Of a stretch of 64,000 nucleotides of DNA, positions 12,043 through 24,680 are shown piece by piece. The stretch lies in contig JAPETS010000006.1 of assembly GCA_026023565.1 (NCBI GenBank), positions 434,001-498,000 of the forward strand. The letters run 5' to 3'. Source of the DNA: Cirrosporium novae-zelandiae (taxonomy: Eukaryota). The translations under genes were made by a program, and so were the position numbers. Every line of letters starts with the position of its first letter. Positions within the stretch are counted from its first letter, which is position 1. The notes below the pieces were generated by a model, which searched no databases, was not told where the DNA came from, and worked only from the letters and a program-made list of their open reading frames with translations.

Positions 12043-12771
12043 TCAAGCAATCGACCCTACAAAGCGAAATGTACAGCCTTGAACCCCTCTGCCATGCATA
12101 AAGATTGTACATCGGACCACTTCATAATGATCCGTTTCATAAATTCGCAAGTAGTCCTCTTGCTCCTTCGACGTGACCTTGTATGCATACCCATGCACTA
12201 AGGCATTGGATGGTGCGTCGACAAGTCCTTTGTATCTCCCGTTCCAGATCCCAAGCTTTCCCCCACTGACAAAAGCGCGAACCAAAACCAGAGCTTCATC
12301 CTTGGGGAGCTGAATTATTCGAGAAAGAAACACGTCGTTGGTTAGTGTGCCGTAGAAAAAGTACCAGACTGGATACTGTTCTTGTGCTGGTTCGAAAATT
12401 GTGCCTTCATCGGCCGCGCGATGTTGCGGGAGAGTGCTGTCCACCCCTAAAGTTGGAAACATGGAGATGGCAGAGAGATTTTTCTCTGCCTTCTGGGGAA
12501 GACGGATGAATTTTGGAGTGAAAAAGCTTCCTTGCAATGCCAGCCACTTTGAAATGGCCTGTTTTTCCAACCCATTGACGTAACAATATCTTGACTCTCC
12601 AATTCTTCCTGATATCCGCTTAGGTGACTCGTGCAAACCGGCAGCCACTCTGACATTTTCGGGTGTTCTCAAGGGCCCTGAAAGATGGACGATGTAGGCT
12701 CCATGTATCACCGAGGGGGAGAGCTTGAGGCAATCATCTACTACAATATCGTGTTCCGAAGTGTAACCCAT
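12043..12771 (-). CDS. Gamma-glutamylcyclotransferase / AIG2-like protein (true start may lie upstream)
   Basis: C-terminal GGCT motifs YPVWYFFYGTL, WNGRYKGLVD, VHGYAYKV and LRIYETDHYEVVRC. Confidence 0.8.
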   Translation of the reverse strand: MGYTSEHDIVVDDCLKLSPSVIHGAYIVHLSGPLRTPENVRVAAGLHESPKRISGRIGESRYCYVNGLEKQAISKWLALQGSFFTPKFIRLPQKAEKNLSAISMFPTLGVDSTLPQHRAADEGTIFEPAQEQYPVWYFFYGTLTNDVFLSRIIQLPKDEALVLVRAFVSGGKLGIWNGRYKGLVDAPSNALVHGYAYKVTSKEQEDYLRIYETDHYEVVRCTIFMHGRGVQGCTFRFVGSIA

Positions 12772-13460
12772 TCTTTCAAGTTCTCTTAATGGATCTAGGA
12801 CTTTTTGTGATGGAGAGCGTGATGACTTGAGGGCCTCATTGAAAAAGCATAAAAGGTGGGAAGCAATTGACTCTTATACATACTTCATGAGTCATTATTA
12901 CTATCTTCTTCTTTCAATTATGACGTCTCAAGGCCTAATCCACCAATGTCTCGGGAAATGACCTCCTCAATACCTTCTGGACATCACTAACGCACTTTCC
13001 CCTCTAGAAACTTCCTATTCAATACTCTAGATGTATCGGCATCAAACTTTACAGATACTATGGCTCTAATAGCCACCGACTACCTCGTTATTTTCGGTGG
13101 CCGAAAACTCCCTTTTGTGATATGGAATCGTGGGATTATTCCTAGCATTTGCGAAACTGATGGTGAACAAGGTCGCTAGAAGTGCTATCCTATATAAACC
13201 ATCATCCCAAATTCCCTCGGCACGATCAATTGTCTAAGATGCCAACTAAGATACTCCTTTGCCTATATAAACCACTCAAAAAATATTTCGAATTCATCAA
13301 CACCGTTTTTCTGGTCCTTCGAAAGGAGCCCCTAAGTAAATACGTCTATTCGCTACTCTCCACATGATAGGACTACAACCCACACTCACACACCTCCACA
13401 TCCCCTAATAACCCCAATATTACACACCCAGCCTTCCTCCATACCTCCCATCACAGCGCA

Positions 13461-13798
13461 ATGGTCTTCACCCACTTCACACAGCTTTTCAGCCGCATTC
13501 CCGTCTTGGTACCCTTAACCCTGAAGCTAGCCATGAACATCATCGTGGCCTGGCACTACTTCCAAGCACTGCGGGGCATAAGAGTCTGGCAGAAGAAAAC
13601 CATCGTCATGATACAAACCGTGGTGCTTATAATTGACCTCAGTATGTCCCAAGGTACACTCCTCCACCCTCACCCCCCCCCAAAAATACCTAGAAACTAA
13701 TCCTTTATACAGGTACAGGTACAAAGCCTTCATTTTCTTTTAAAGCTATGGTTTCTTTGCTAGGGTTATGGCTAGTGTTAGCCATATACGGTATCTAG
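13461..13798 (+). CDS. Candidate small (92 aa) membrane protein or decayed gene
   Basis: Exon 1 13461-13653, putative intron 13654-13712 (GTACAC...ACTAAT...CAG), exon 2 13713-13798. The spliced product has three hydrophobic stretches. No family recognised. Confidence 0.35.
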
Positions 13799-16700
13799 GA
13801 TAATACATAATTACCGTATTCACGTGAATACGTCGAAATAATGCATACAATGGTACTTAGTACGTATACGACAATAATGTATACACAATATACGGTATTT
13901 CGTGCTATAACTTATAGCACGAAGTAGCAAACTAGATGTTTACCACTAGGCTAAATGGGCATGGTTACCCGCTTGTTATAAGCGAGTATCGTATCTAGTT
14001 ATATAAACCGACTACTCTAAAATCGAAATCGTAGCCCTAGTGGGAGTGCTGACGCTTTCGAGCTATTTGTTTCTGTTTGTTGTGTTTTATGTGGTAATAT
14101 ATGGAAAGATTAAGGGAAATAGGGATGGCGAAAGGGGGGAGGGAGAAGGCGAAAATACTAGAAACAGAAGTAGGAAATAACAAGCCTGTGATGGCGAATT
14201 GAAGAAAGGTTGAAAATAGGGGTCTTTGGGGGGGGGGGGGGAAGAGGGACAAAAAAGTATAGGAAAGAATCTACACTACATAACTACAGAACTATCCATC
14301 CCCCCCCAAAAAGGTATATAAATCATATAATAGCCAAGTCAAGTTAATATAACCCTTTCTTTCTATCGGAAACCGAACTTCCTAATTTCTAAGTTTTTTA
14401 TTTCTAAGAAATATATATAGTAATTACAGTAACACTAAAAGCACAGTACAAGCATAAGTACAATACAAAGCACTTTCTGGTTTAACTTAACGTAAACTGT
14501 TGACCTAGATAGAGTAGAGTAGAGTTGAATGTTGGATAATCGTGACGACAACTGGGATATATTCTATGTTTGATCCCTGCGTAATTACCTAGGTAATTAT
14601 GTAAGACAGGGTCAGACTAGAAGCCTGTAAGTTATGCATGATATAGTATGGTATTGAAACGGAAGCTATGGTAAGTAAGACTGGAGGCTGGAGGTTGGTT
14701 GATTTGGTTGATTTGGTGAGGCGGGTCGGGACGAGACGGGGAGCGGGACGGCCCGAGGTACTGGAGGACTAGTGCTGTATTGTTCTAATTAGTTAGTTGC
14801 CTGAGGCTCTAATTTCGGTTCTGGGCAGGTATGGGTTAGTTAGTCAAATAATAGGAGTCTTTCTCCTTTTCTATTCTATTCCATTCTATGTAATTACTGT
14901 AATTACTCTCACTCCTTCCTCCTTGGTCCTTGGATCTTTATACCTCTCTATATATTCCATATTCCATCCACAACTAACAGACCCCCCTTTCTCTCTCTTT
15001 ATCATTTCTAATCTAATCTAATCCAATCCACATATGGCACACTTCTTCATTCTTAGATCCATAATTCTTATTTCTTTTCGTGTATTTGAAAAAAAAGTGT
15101 ATATATATAAAAGTAATTTTTGCTGCTGAGAATTATTGATAATGATAGTCAGTGGGATTCTGGTATTAGAAGGGGGTTGATTACTAGACTAATAACACGT
15201 TACAGCTATTCGGGTACCCATCTTTGAAGTTTTCACCTCCCCCCTCGCTTGAGGTTTTGTTCTTAATTTCTCCCTCTCTCTGTATCTTGTACTTTTCCTG
15301 TTCCTTGCCGGTATGTATGTATTTGTTTCTCTCTTTGTCTGTCTATCTATTTACTTTCCTTCTAGCTAGGAAATCCATCTCCGACCGTCGTTGTTGGAGG
15401 ACAAGGTAATTAAGCCTAATCGAATAGGAGGTAACTAGAGGTAACTAGAGGTAACAACTGCTTTCCTCCCCCCCCTCCTCCTCTCAACAAGTGTAGGAAG
15501 CCTATAGCTAGCTAGCTACTCCTCTGAGTGGATGGATAATGATTCCTATGATTCTTCCCTTGTGCAGTACAGTATACGTACTCCCAGTTTCACTTTTTGA
15601 ACTATCGGCTCATCTAATGTATTGTCGATATACTTAATTTATTTCACTTCTTCCTATAGTGGAGAATAGATAGGAACACCGGTCCCCCAGCGTTCTGCTC
15701 GCCACAATTGTCACGATAAGGGGTGGAAGAGGGTGACTTTTAAGCAGAATAGGACCTTAAGCAAGGTAGCTCCTAATTACCCCTTAGGGTCGACCACCTA
15801 TAATTACTTGCTATCTGATCTAGCTAAACCAACTCAGCTAATAGGGCGGTTATTAATTAATTGTGCTTCGTTTTTGGACTCTTGGTGCTGGCACTCGTAT
15901 ATTGAGCATAGCTCTTTATAGCAAGCCTTACATTCGGTTACGCATCTTGAGACTAGTATTAAATAGTGATAGCCATGATGAATGTGTCAAAACTTTGTTC
16001 ATTGGCCCAGTGGTAGAGGACAAATCTACCGATCTCGTCCAGATTTGTAGATCGTGGCACATATTCAGTTGTGTCTACAAGTAATTAGCATTTTCGGATT
16101 GTCCAGTCATGTTTCATTTTTTGTTAGTACGCAAGTTGGAGATCTTTGCCAGTCAGAACCAGCAGCTCTTTCTGTCTCTGACCTTTTATCTAGATCTACT
16201 AGTGAGAGATATATCTAATAAACCCGGCTGGTTAGCAGAATGGCTGTAACGGGGAACTTTTATTCGGTTATCTAGGAGATATCCAATGGAGCTTTTAGAA
16301 CTAAACGGAGAACATTGGCTTTGTGTTTCTTGCTGGAGGATAGAATTTGTCACTGCCCCGTGCATCGAATATGGAATGGACAGTATTTATTTAAATCTTG
16401 GGATAGTAGGCATCTCGCTATTCTAGCTTCTCGTCAATAAACTTAGACCCACAACTGTTCTTTGTCGGTGATTAATAACGATGGTCATCATACCCAACTC
16501 TCATAAAATAATATCTAGCAAAAATTAAGATTAAATGAAATCACAATGATCAAAAACATTATGTTAACCTGAAATAGAGCCCACTCGAGACAAAATAGAT
16601 AGGAGCCTTTGGTCATTCCCATCCACGAAAACTAACTTTTGCTTCTCACCGAGGGAAGTCAGTAGTAGAATGATTCAACCGTGAGCCTATCAGTCATATA

Positions 16701-17256
16701 ATTAACTTCTTGCAATAGCCATACAAACTAAAACTTGCATATTATGATGGCTGCCTATCTGGAAAACTGAACTGAATAGTTAAAGCCTAGCAGAGACGGG
16801 CGACAGCAAATGGGTCTCATGGTAACAAGAAAGTAAACTGAAAAAGGTCCTGTATAGTAGTGTGAAAGACTTGTGGGTTTGAGAATTCAGATAGGGTTGT
16901 GGGTGTAGGATAAAAGGGACTGAGGCAACGAAAAGATCTTTATCCTATACATGTACAAGGCCAGGAGGAATGTATAAACACACAACTCTGGGAACAAACA
17001 AATAAACAAACAGATACTATTAGAATCGTAGGAAAAATATTATCACTCTCCAAATCCAATACGGTCCAAACTATCTATCTATATAAAAAAGTTAGGCAGT
17101 CAACAAAAACTAGACTTAATTGGGGGAAATAGCTTGGCTAGGACTCCGGAATTTTGTCCTTCCGATCTCCCTACCTAAATACCTGCCTAAAAGAGGCTAA
17201 TACCTCTTTTGGGTACATCAGGCAGTCAAAAATCAGTAACTCTTTTACAGTAGGAA

Positions 17257-17898
17257 TTAATGATACCCATTAGATTGTGAATTGACACTAGGATTCTTCG
17301 TGCCTCGTATCGCTATCTTTTTCGTCTTCGGATCATCTTCGCTCTCCTCACTAAAAGCACTGGAGCCATCATCTGAAGCGACCTCGATTGGCTTCCGTCT
17401 CTTGGTTTCTGCGTCCCCAATATGGAGGCCATTTTGACATGCTAGACTAATACCAAGTTGATTGCAACAGGTGTATCTAAATCCTTCGGGGAATTCGTCT
17501 GCCAAGTCAGAGATGTTTCCGTGACATTCCTCGTCGTGATCGGCCCAGAAATCGCCACTGAAGTCTGGCTCTTTCTTACCTAAATCAACAGTCAGCTTAG
17601 CTCACGCTCAACCAGAGTCCTAGGTACGCCAACTAAATCAAGCAAACATACCAGGATGCCAAAGGCAAGCGCCATCAAAGTTCTTCTCGGCACTGAATTC
17701 TCGGTTGCAATTCTTGCAGACCTCATAACGTGATTGTTTCCGCTTCACTCTACCACCATTGCCTTCGTTGATAAGAAGTTTGTCCGAAACAAGCGCCGCT
17801 GTTGCTGGAGACTGATTACATATTTGAAGAAGGGTACTGCGTAGTCGGTCGGGCGTTGCAGAGAAGATGGCAGCATGGAGGGATTCGTTGAGGGGCAT
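17257..17898 (-). CDS. Conserved fungal Cys/His-rich hypothetical protein (putative zinc-binding)
   Basis: Exon 1 17898-17652 ends CKNCNREF...CLWHPG. Intron 17651-17580 (GTATGT...CTGAC...TAG). Exon 2 reads DFWADHDEECHG...EFPEGFRYTCC...C...H and joins ORF 17257..17505. Confidence 0.8.
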
Positions 17899-18300
17899 GT
17901 TTATAACTCAGCAAGGGTTAAGGGCCGTATATTTGACTGCGATACTTGGGTGAGATATCCTCAAGCTTCAGATAGTTCATTCCATCTTTGTAAGGAAAGG
18001 AACGCTTGACGTGTTTCGTTTGAACCATGATAAAAATTAACTGTTTGCTGCTTTGAAATAAATACGCCAAGAGAGATGTTTCCGGGGGTAGTGACCTCCC
18101 ATGGAAGTTAGCTGTATTTTATATCGGCCCACTAATTAATACTAGTTAATACTAATGACTGTGTATGTAAATATTTCCATTTAATTAATTTTCTTGTCAT
18201 GTACCGTTTCTCTTGTTTAATTACATGGCTAATAATAGTTTGGAAATATAACCATGACTGTGTCCCTAGAGCATTTTCTCGCACAATAAATTCCATGGAA

Positions 18301-20832
18301 TCATTCATAGATATTTTCATGCCGAGCCTGCATATGGTTGTATACCAGCCCACCCTCCGAGAATGTTTCCATGCAGAACCAACAAATATGTGTCTTGCAG
18401 TAGAGACAGGTCATGTGGTTACATCCATGGGATTTTATGATTGGAATATGACATTTCGGACAGTCTTTGGCATTATTCTCCTTCCTCCATTTTTTGAAAG
18501 CAACACTCTCCTCGGATGAGGCAGTTTTATACTCTGCACAGCTCATCCCATCATGACTACTCAGATGACAACATGCGCAGATGCTCGAAAAGCAAGAGGG
18601 ACAATCAAATGTTAACGGATCAGTGGTTTTTCTATAGACTTGTTCACAGTCTGGTGTGGAGCAGTACTGAAATTCTTGTAGCCGGGTCTGAATGTACGTC
18701 TTGCACGAAGCTTGCAGTAGCTCTTCAAATTCTTGGAAGATGTTTCTGAGATCTTTCAAGGTGAACTTCTGCTGACATTTATTGTTAGAGCCAACGCAAC
18801 ACAATGGAAACTTGCCACTGTTTGTATAAGACTCTATTTGGTTCCTGAAACACTCTCTGCAATATATGTGCCCACACTCTACCTCAAAAGGCTCTTCAAC
18901 TTCACAGAAGCATACTGGGCATAAGTCACTGTTGTTGGAGATGTTTTTGTCGGTGGCAGGATTCTTCTCAAAGTCCAGCAAAGTCTGTTCAGCAAATATA
19001 CGATCTGCAGAGGTTCCACGTATTGTGATGGCCCTGCGAGCAACGTCGATGTTTGCGGCATCTTGCCCGAGACGAGATATTATTTCACGCATGCCACCCC
19101 GAATTGCTGAGGCTAGGGTTCGACCTTCCAGTGAGATAATATGAGTTTGCTGCGAAAGAGCTAATATTTTGCCATGTATTTCGGTCTCAACTTTGGCCTT
19201 ATTACTTTCAGGTCCAAAGAGTGAGACCCTGCGTTTTTTAACGTCAGCGCGAGCAACTATTTCATGACTCTTCCAAAACCCTTCCAAGTAGTGCCTTCCG
19301 CTAGGACTTAAAAGAAAATCGTCCCAAAGTACTCTATCGTCGAAAATAGCCAAAGATCCATTTACGATATTCTCCACAAGGCTTTTTGCTCGTGCCACAG
19401 CCTTGGTCTCTTCTCCTACAAGTCGAATCGTGGTGTATCTCTGATCCGGGGTAGTAGGTTGGTGGTATATTATTAGGTTGACCCGACCTTCTTGAAATAT
19501 TCGTGGCTTAATGTCCTCGAGTTCCTTTTCAACAGCAGAGTAGATATCCATGAACACATTGAACTTGGCTGACACAACTAGTCCAAGATAAAGTGGAGAA
19601 TTTGCCATGGGTGCAAGTTTATGGTTCTTCAAATCTCTCAAAACTTTACGAGCCTCGTTAGAGCTTCCAAAGCTTGCAAAGGCTTTAACACGTGCCCCGG
19701 GTATGCTCGTATTATCTTCAAAGGACTGGATTAGGCCTGCTTTGGAAAGCAAGCTCTTCACATGCTCTGCTGCCTTTGTCTCAGACAAGTTCCAGGATAC
19801 ATCTCCTAAGATAACCTTAGAAGCAGACGTGAATAATGACCTTTTCAACTCAGATCCAGTGACTGTAACCGGCAGGCCCCTCACAGTCACCGAATATATC
19901 TTGTTTGGTCTTCTTGGAGTGAAAACTGTGTCAGATCCAGGTTGAAATTTACACTGGATCTTTCGATCATGGAATATCCTACCATTCAATCTCTTGGCGA
20001 CCCTTGTTGCAGCATATTCAGAATCATAATGTGCCCAAGCAATGCGTGAAGCTTTAAACCAGCTGCATCTGATGGTACTCGCCTGTAATCTGTTGATAGA
20101 CCCCTCTCCGGAAATACTCGTCTGAATGCTGTGGACTTTGATGGGCTTTCCAAGAAAGGGCACATTGTGTAGTTCTCGAACAGCATTTTCACCAAAAAAG
20201 GGATCACTGACCCTGATATCTGCTGTCTTTGATGAACCAACAATCTTCATTTGAATCCCTGACAGAGGTATTATATATCCCAAGGGGCTGAGGAATTGAC
20301 GGATTTGCTCTTGGGTGGAGCCCACGGGAAGATCCAATATTTGGATTTCGGAGTAATCAGAGAGTAGAGTGAAGGAACAGACTTCAGCCCCTGGGCCAAA
20401 TTCAACGTTAGCCCCACTGAACTTCCGAAGGCAAGATGTCTCAAGAGTACACCGAACGAGGTCGGATGTTAGCTTTGGCTGTTAGCCTAAATTATGCCTA
20501 TGATCGGCTAGCATCACCTTGACAGTGCCATTTGAATCGTTTCTGACAGGAGCCGGCTCTGTGGCCATTGGGGGGCCGTGAGCGAAGGGGCATGCATTGC
20601 CATTCCGGCAACTGCCTCTAGCAAAGAATCGACATGGAATTGCAATCCGACTGTCAATCTGGACTTGAGCGGGAGCACTGTTGGTTACTGTCGACGGTTT
20701 AAACTCCTTGGCAACCCCTCGAAGAGTTGTGTTGCCAGTAGTATAAAGAGTCGAGTGAGGCTCGACATGATCGAAGTGGCATGACGGTCCTCGAGTACAA
20801 TGACCATGAGCAAAGAATTTGCAGGGTGGCAT
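18301..20832 (-). CDS. RBR (RING-IBR-RING) E3 ubiquitin ligase with two N-terminal CCCH zinc fingers and RRM/KH-like RNA-binding repeats
   Basis: Exon 1 has the CCCH fingers CKFFAHGHCTRGPSCHFDH and CRFFARGSCRNGNACPFAH. A short intron lies at about 20518-20474 (acceptor uncertain). The long exon has RRM-like segments, RING1 CPVC...CGHIYCREC, IBR CSTPDC...CPSC...CACC...H...C, and RING2 CPKC...GCNHMTC..C..HICWFC with the catalytic Cys. Confidence 0.88.
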
Positions 20833-21223
20833 CGTAGGAAAGATAGAGTTAAACTTCTTTAAGTTTGTATTAACTTATTGTGGGTTTGGTAAATAATCCA
20901 CTCTTGAAGTGAGTTGTGGCTAGTTGTGGCATAATTTTGTACTGTACTAAGCCTAAAGTGAATGTTATCACGTGCAACCATGGAACAAGCCGTCAAGGGT
21001 TGAATGCCTCAAACCCCAGGCCCCGAATATTACTGTATTGCCAACTTTTGTCCTTGTAATACTTTCTAACAAATAATACCCCTCTTCCATGGTTCCTTCA
21101 GAATTCAGATGACCAAACCCCACATATCGTCCAGATGGAATTCGAAATCCATCATGCCTTGGATCATAACTAAATATTTCCTTTTGTTTACTCCACCTTT
21201 TGTTTTGTATTTCCTTGCCCATC

Positions 21224-23072
21224 ATGATTATTATTGTTCTAATGTGGACCTTTCTTTGGAACGTAATCTTTGGAACATCCACTATAGTTCTGGCTCAATC
21301 ATGTCCGGACTATACTACTTACTCCCAACAGTATCATCCACCCTATTCTTCTGGCCGATACAACCTATCCTACCAGCGGCCTTCAGTGGATTGCAGAACC
21401 TTTAAATCTCAGGCCGTCGAGAATACCATCACAAGATTCCAGAATGTTATAAAGGACCCTGACCTATATAGGTTGTTTGAGAATAGCTATCCAAACACGC
21501 TAGATACGGCAATAAAGTGGAAGGGGTATGCCAGTAACTCGACAAACGAGGACTTGGCGTTTCTGATTACTGGGGATATGTTTGTGTTTCCCGTGACGAC
21601 ATTCACATAATTTGGGCTGACAATAATAGCAATGCCATGTGGCTACGAGACTCGGTAGGTTGAGTCAAATCAAGAAGCCCTTATATCCTAAAGATAGGTT
21701 GATCTTAATGACAATCTCCGAGTCTATCCCAGGCAAATCAAATGCAATCCTATCTACCTTTGCTGAATGCTTCTTCGTCCAATAATTCAATTGCTTCTCT
21801 TTATCGGGGAGTTATCAACCTACAATCTCGATATATCAATACCTCTCCTTTCTGCAACGCTTTCCAACCTCCTCCAGAATCTGGAATTGCTGCCCAGTCA
21901 GGTAATTCCGATACAGTAAGCCCACCGTATGACAGCCAGATCGTGTTTGAATGTAAATACGAGCTCGATTCATTGGCAGCGTTTCTTGAAATTGCGGCGC
22001 ATTATTACAATGCTACCCAGGATACGCTATTCTTTAAACAGTACCAATGGGCAGATGCCGTGCAAACCATTCTTAATGTGTTTAATGCTATGATGATTGG
22101 AACATATGCAGAAAATGGCACTGTAAACATCAGTCCATACAAATTTCTCCGCCAAACTACTAGCGGCACCGAAACATTATCAAATTCGGGCAATGGAAAT
22201 CCAGTTCAAGCAGATACTGGTCTCAGCCGTTCTACGTTCCGGCCTTCTGACGATACGACTATATTCCAACTCTTTATTCCGGCAAATATGATGTTTACAA
22301 GGTACCTTGAATCGACTTCAACCATCATGCAAAAAATTGGTAAAGGGAACCTTGCTAGCCAAATGTTAAAACTTGCTTCTAATGTTAGAGCTGCTATATC
22401 AGCCCATGGGATAGTGAAAGATCCCAACTACGGCAGTATCTATGCTTATGAAGTTGATGGGTTCGGTTCGAGCAATACTATGGATGATGCTAACATTCCA
22501 AGTTTACTAAGCATCCCATTTTTTGGGTATTTGGATATAAATAACACTGTGTACCAGAATACAAGGAAGGTGCTTTTGAGCAAGAACAACCCATACTTTA
22601 TGAGAGGCCCGGTGATCAATGCGTTTGTATCCTCTAACTCTTATCAAGTTTATCGCTGTATTTCTCATATAACCCTAGTGTCGGTGGGCCTCATCATGGC
22701 CCAGGCTACGCATGGCCTATGGCCAGTATCGTCCGTATCCTAACCAGTAATAATGATACCGAAATTACCAGCTCATTAGAGGAGATATTAAGCAGCACTA
22801 ATGGACTAGGTACGTCAACTAGGTTGACATGGACCAACAATTTCCTTCCTATGGAAAGACTAAATATAGACAATAGGTCTGATCCATGAAAGCATCAATA
22901 CTTTCAATCAGTCAGATTACACACGACAGTGGTATGGCATCTGTAATTCCCATACCTTATAGCAGCAATAGTTAATATCCTTAGGTTCTCGTGGGCTAAC
23001 GGTTTGTTTGGGCAAATGATCCTGGACCTAGAGTCTAGGAAGCCACATCTACTCCAGCAGAGTTTTCAATAG
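21224..23072 (+). CDS. Secreted GH125 exo-alpha-1,6-mannosidase-like protein (DUF1237/Mug157 family), 6 exons
   Basis: Signal-like N-terminus and motifs [78 protein letters not shown] and TRQWFSWAN. Introns 21580-21629, 21655-21732, 22623-22678, 22810-22876 and 22932-22984. Stop TAG at 23070-23072. Confidence 0.92.
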
Positions 23073-23501
23073 GCTCTGCCACATCTTCGACAATACGTCC
23101 CTTAGTATTATCTGCCTTATGAAAAACTAGGAAATTTGATTAATTTGACTAAAAATTTCTTTCTCATGCTCATAACAAGTCTTAGACTTTAACGGATCTT
23201 GCTAGGGAGCCGGTTTACTCTACTAAATAAAAGCCTATCCCTTCATCTGAGTCGAGCTCACTTCCGCCTTTATCAACACGGACATTTTTCATCCTCTATA
23301 CAAAAAGTTCCAAACCTAAGCTCAACCCCAAGTTCCTACATTCCTACCCCCCAACATAACGATCTCATACACTTATCTCACCACTTCCAACTCCATCATT
23401 CGTGTCTACTATAATATAAGCGTAACTCACCGACACCACCATCCACTCCACCCAATTCCTCCTCTCCAAAATTATCCCATATTTTTTTCCCTCCATCTCC
23501 T

Positions 23502-23800
23502 CAGCGAAGCGAATGAACCAGACCAAATAGACGGTCTGACCCCGACCGACCAGACCTTAATTGCCCAAGGCCTATTTTGGTCTATCACGTGTATATATAT
23601 TTAGAATACCTGGGATATTACTTATAGATTTATTTGGTATTGTTGGTATTATATTATTATACTCTTGAATCTAAAGCTTTGGGTCATTTAGAGCCTGCTT
23701 AAGGAAAGTTTTCATTATAGAATATAAGTTTTGATTCTTAGTTTTCCGTGCTCGACAATTGGGGAAAATAGCATAATGTAATTTCATAAGACATAGAATA
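23502..23800 (+). mobile_element. Partial copy of hAT-like non-autonomous element (one end only)
   Basis: Begins CAGCGAAGCGAATGAACCAGACCAAATAGACGGTCTGAC. Shares collinear blocks with 61249-61610: ATTGCCCAA..., TATATTTAGAATAC...GGATATT, and TTCCGTGC...AAATAG.ATAA...TTTCATA. No matching right TIR found, so the end coordinate is approximate. Confidence 0.65.
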
Positions 23801-24680
23801 AGAGGTTTGCAGGAATCCGTAATTGCGTTTATAGCAATACCAAATTCCACTACAAAGCCCGTTTTTACTATCCCGGGGTCGTCAATCAGTATGTAATTCC
23901 AGTTTTCGAATGACGACTTCCTACATTCCCCCTAGGCTATGTGAAAGCAACGTTCTCCTACATAAAGAATGTCGCCTGCGCGTATAGGAAGCGCACTGGC
24001 TTGGCATGCCTTCGCAGGCTCATCTTTAATAGGGTGGGTTTCAAATCACTTTAATTTAGGTATTACATTACTCGAGTAGTAGAGAGCTCAGCCATAATCG
24101 AGAAATTGTGGGGAAAATCGCGCGTTATCTACACAATAAGGGGTGGATGGTGGGGTGAAAATTGGGGGATATGAAATTATTGAATTATCTAATAGACTAA
24201 TTAGTGTGGTCACATGACCACCAAATAGAGTGCTAACCACAGTAGTGCTAATTAACTCTTTTTCGCGAGCGCACCCCCGCCTGGCAAGTTAGGGCATCAA
24301 TATCACGTGCGTTCGTGAGTCCGTCGCGTAGTTAGTTTATCAGAATAACACGAACCTGAAATACTTCCCATGACTTTTCATTTACGAAAACCAAGTATTT
24401 TGAGTAGACCAAGTTAATCTGTATACAATCTCAATTTTTAAGTTTTAGAATCTCGACCTTTCTTTTATTGGTATCAATCGTCCTAATCAGATTTCAATCT
24501 CGTCTCCCGGTTCAAGTCCCTTCCGTCTCCAAATGCTGAGGGAAATAAAAAAAAGTAACAAATCTGCCTACCCCTAACTAATTTAGTAATCTATACACAA
24601 TTAAGCCACTGGTTTTTCAAGGAGAATAGCACCTCTGTACCAGTCTCCCTGAATCTCTTCAGGCTCTAATCCACATCTAC

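Noticed and set aside
24505..24532. GGTTCAAGTCC B-box/T-loop-like motif followed by ...CTCCA
   Set aside because: The flanks do not form a T-stem and there is no acceptor-stem partner or A-box upstream, so it is not a tRNA. At most it is an isolated B-box.
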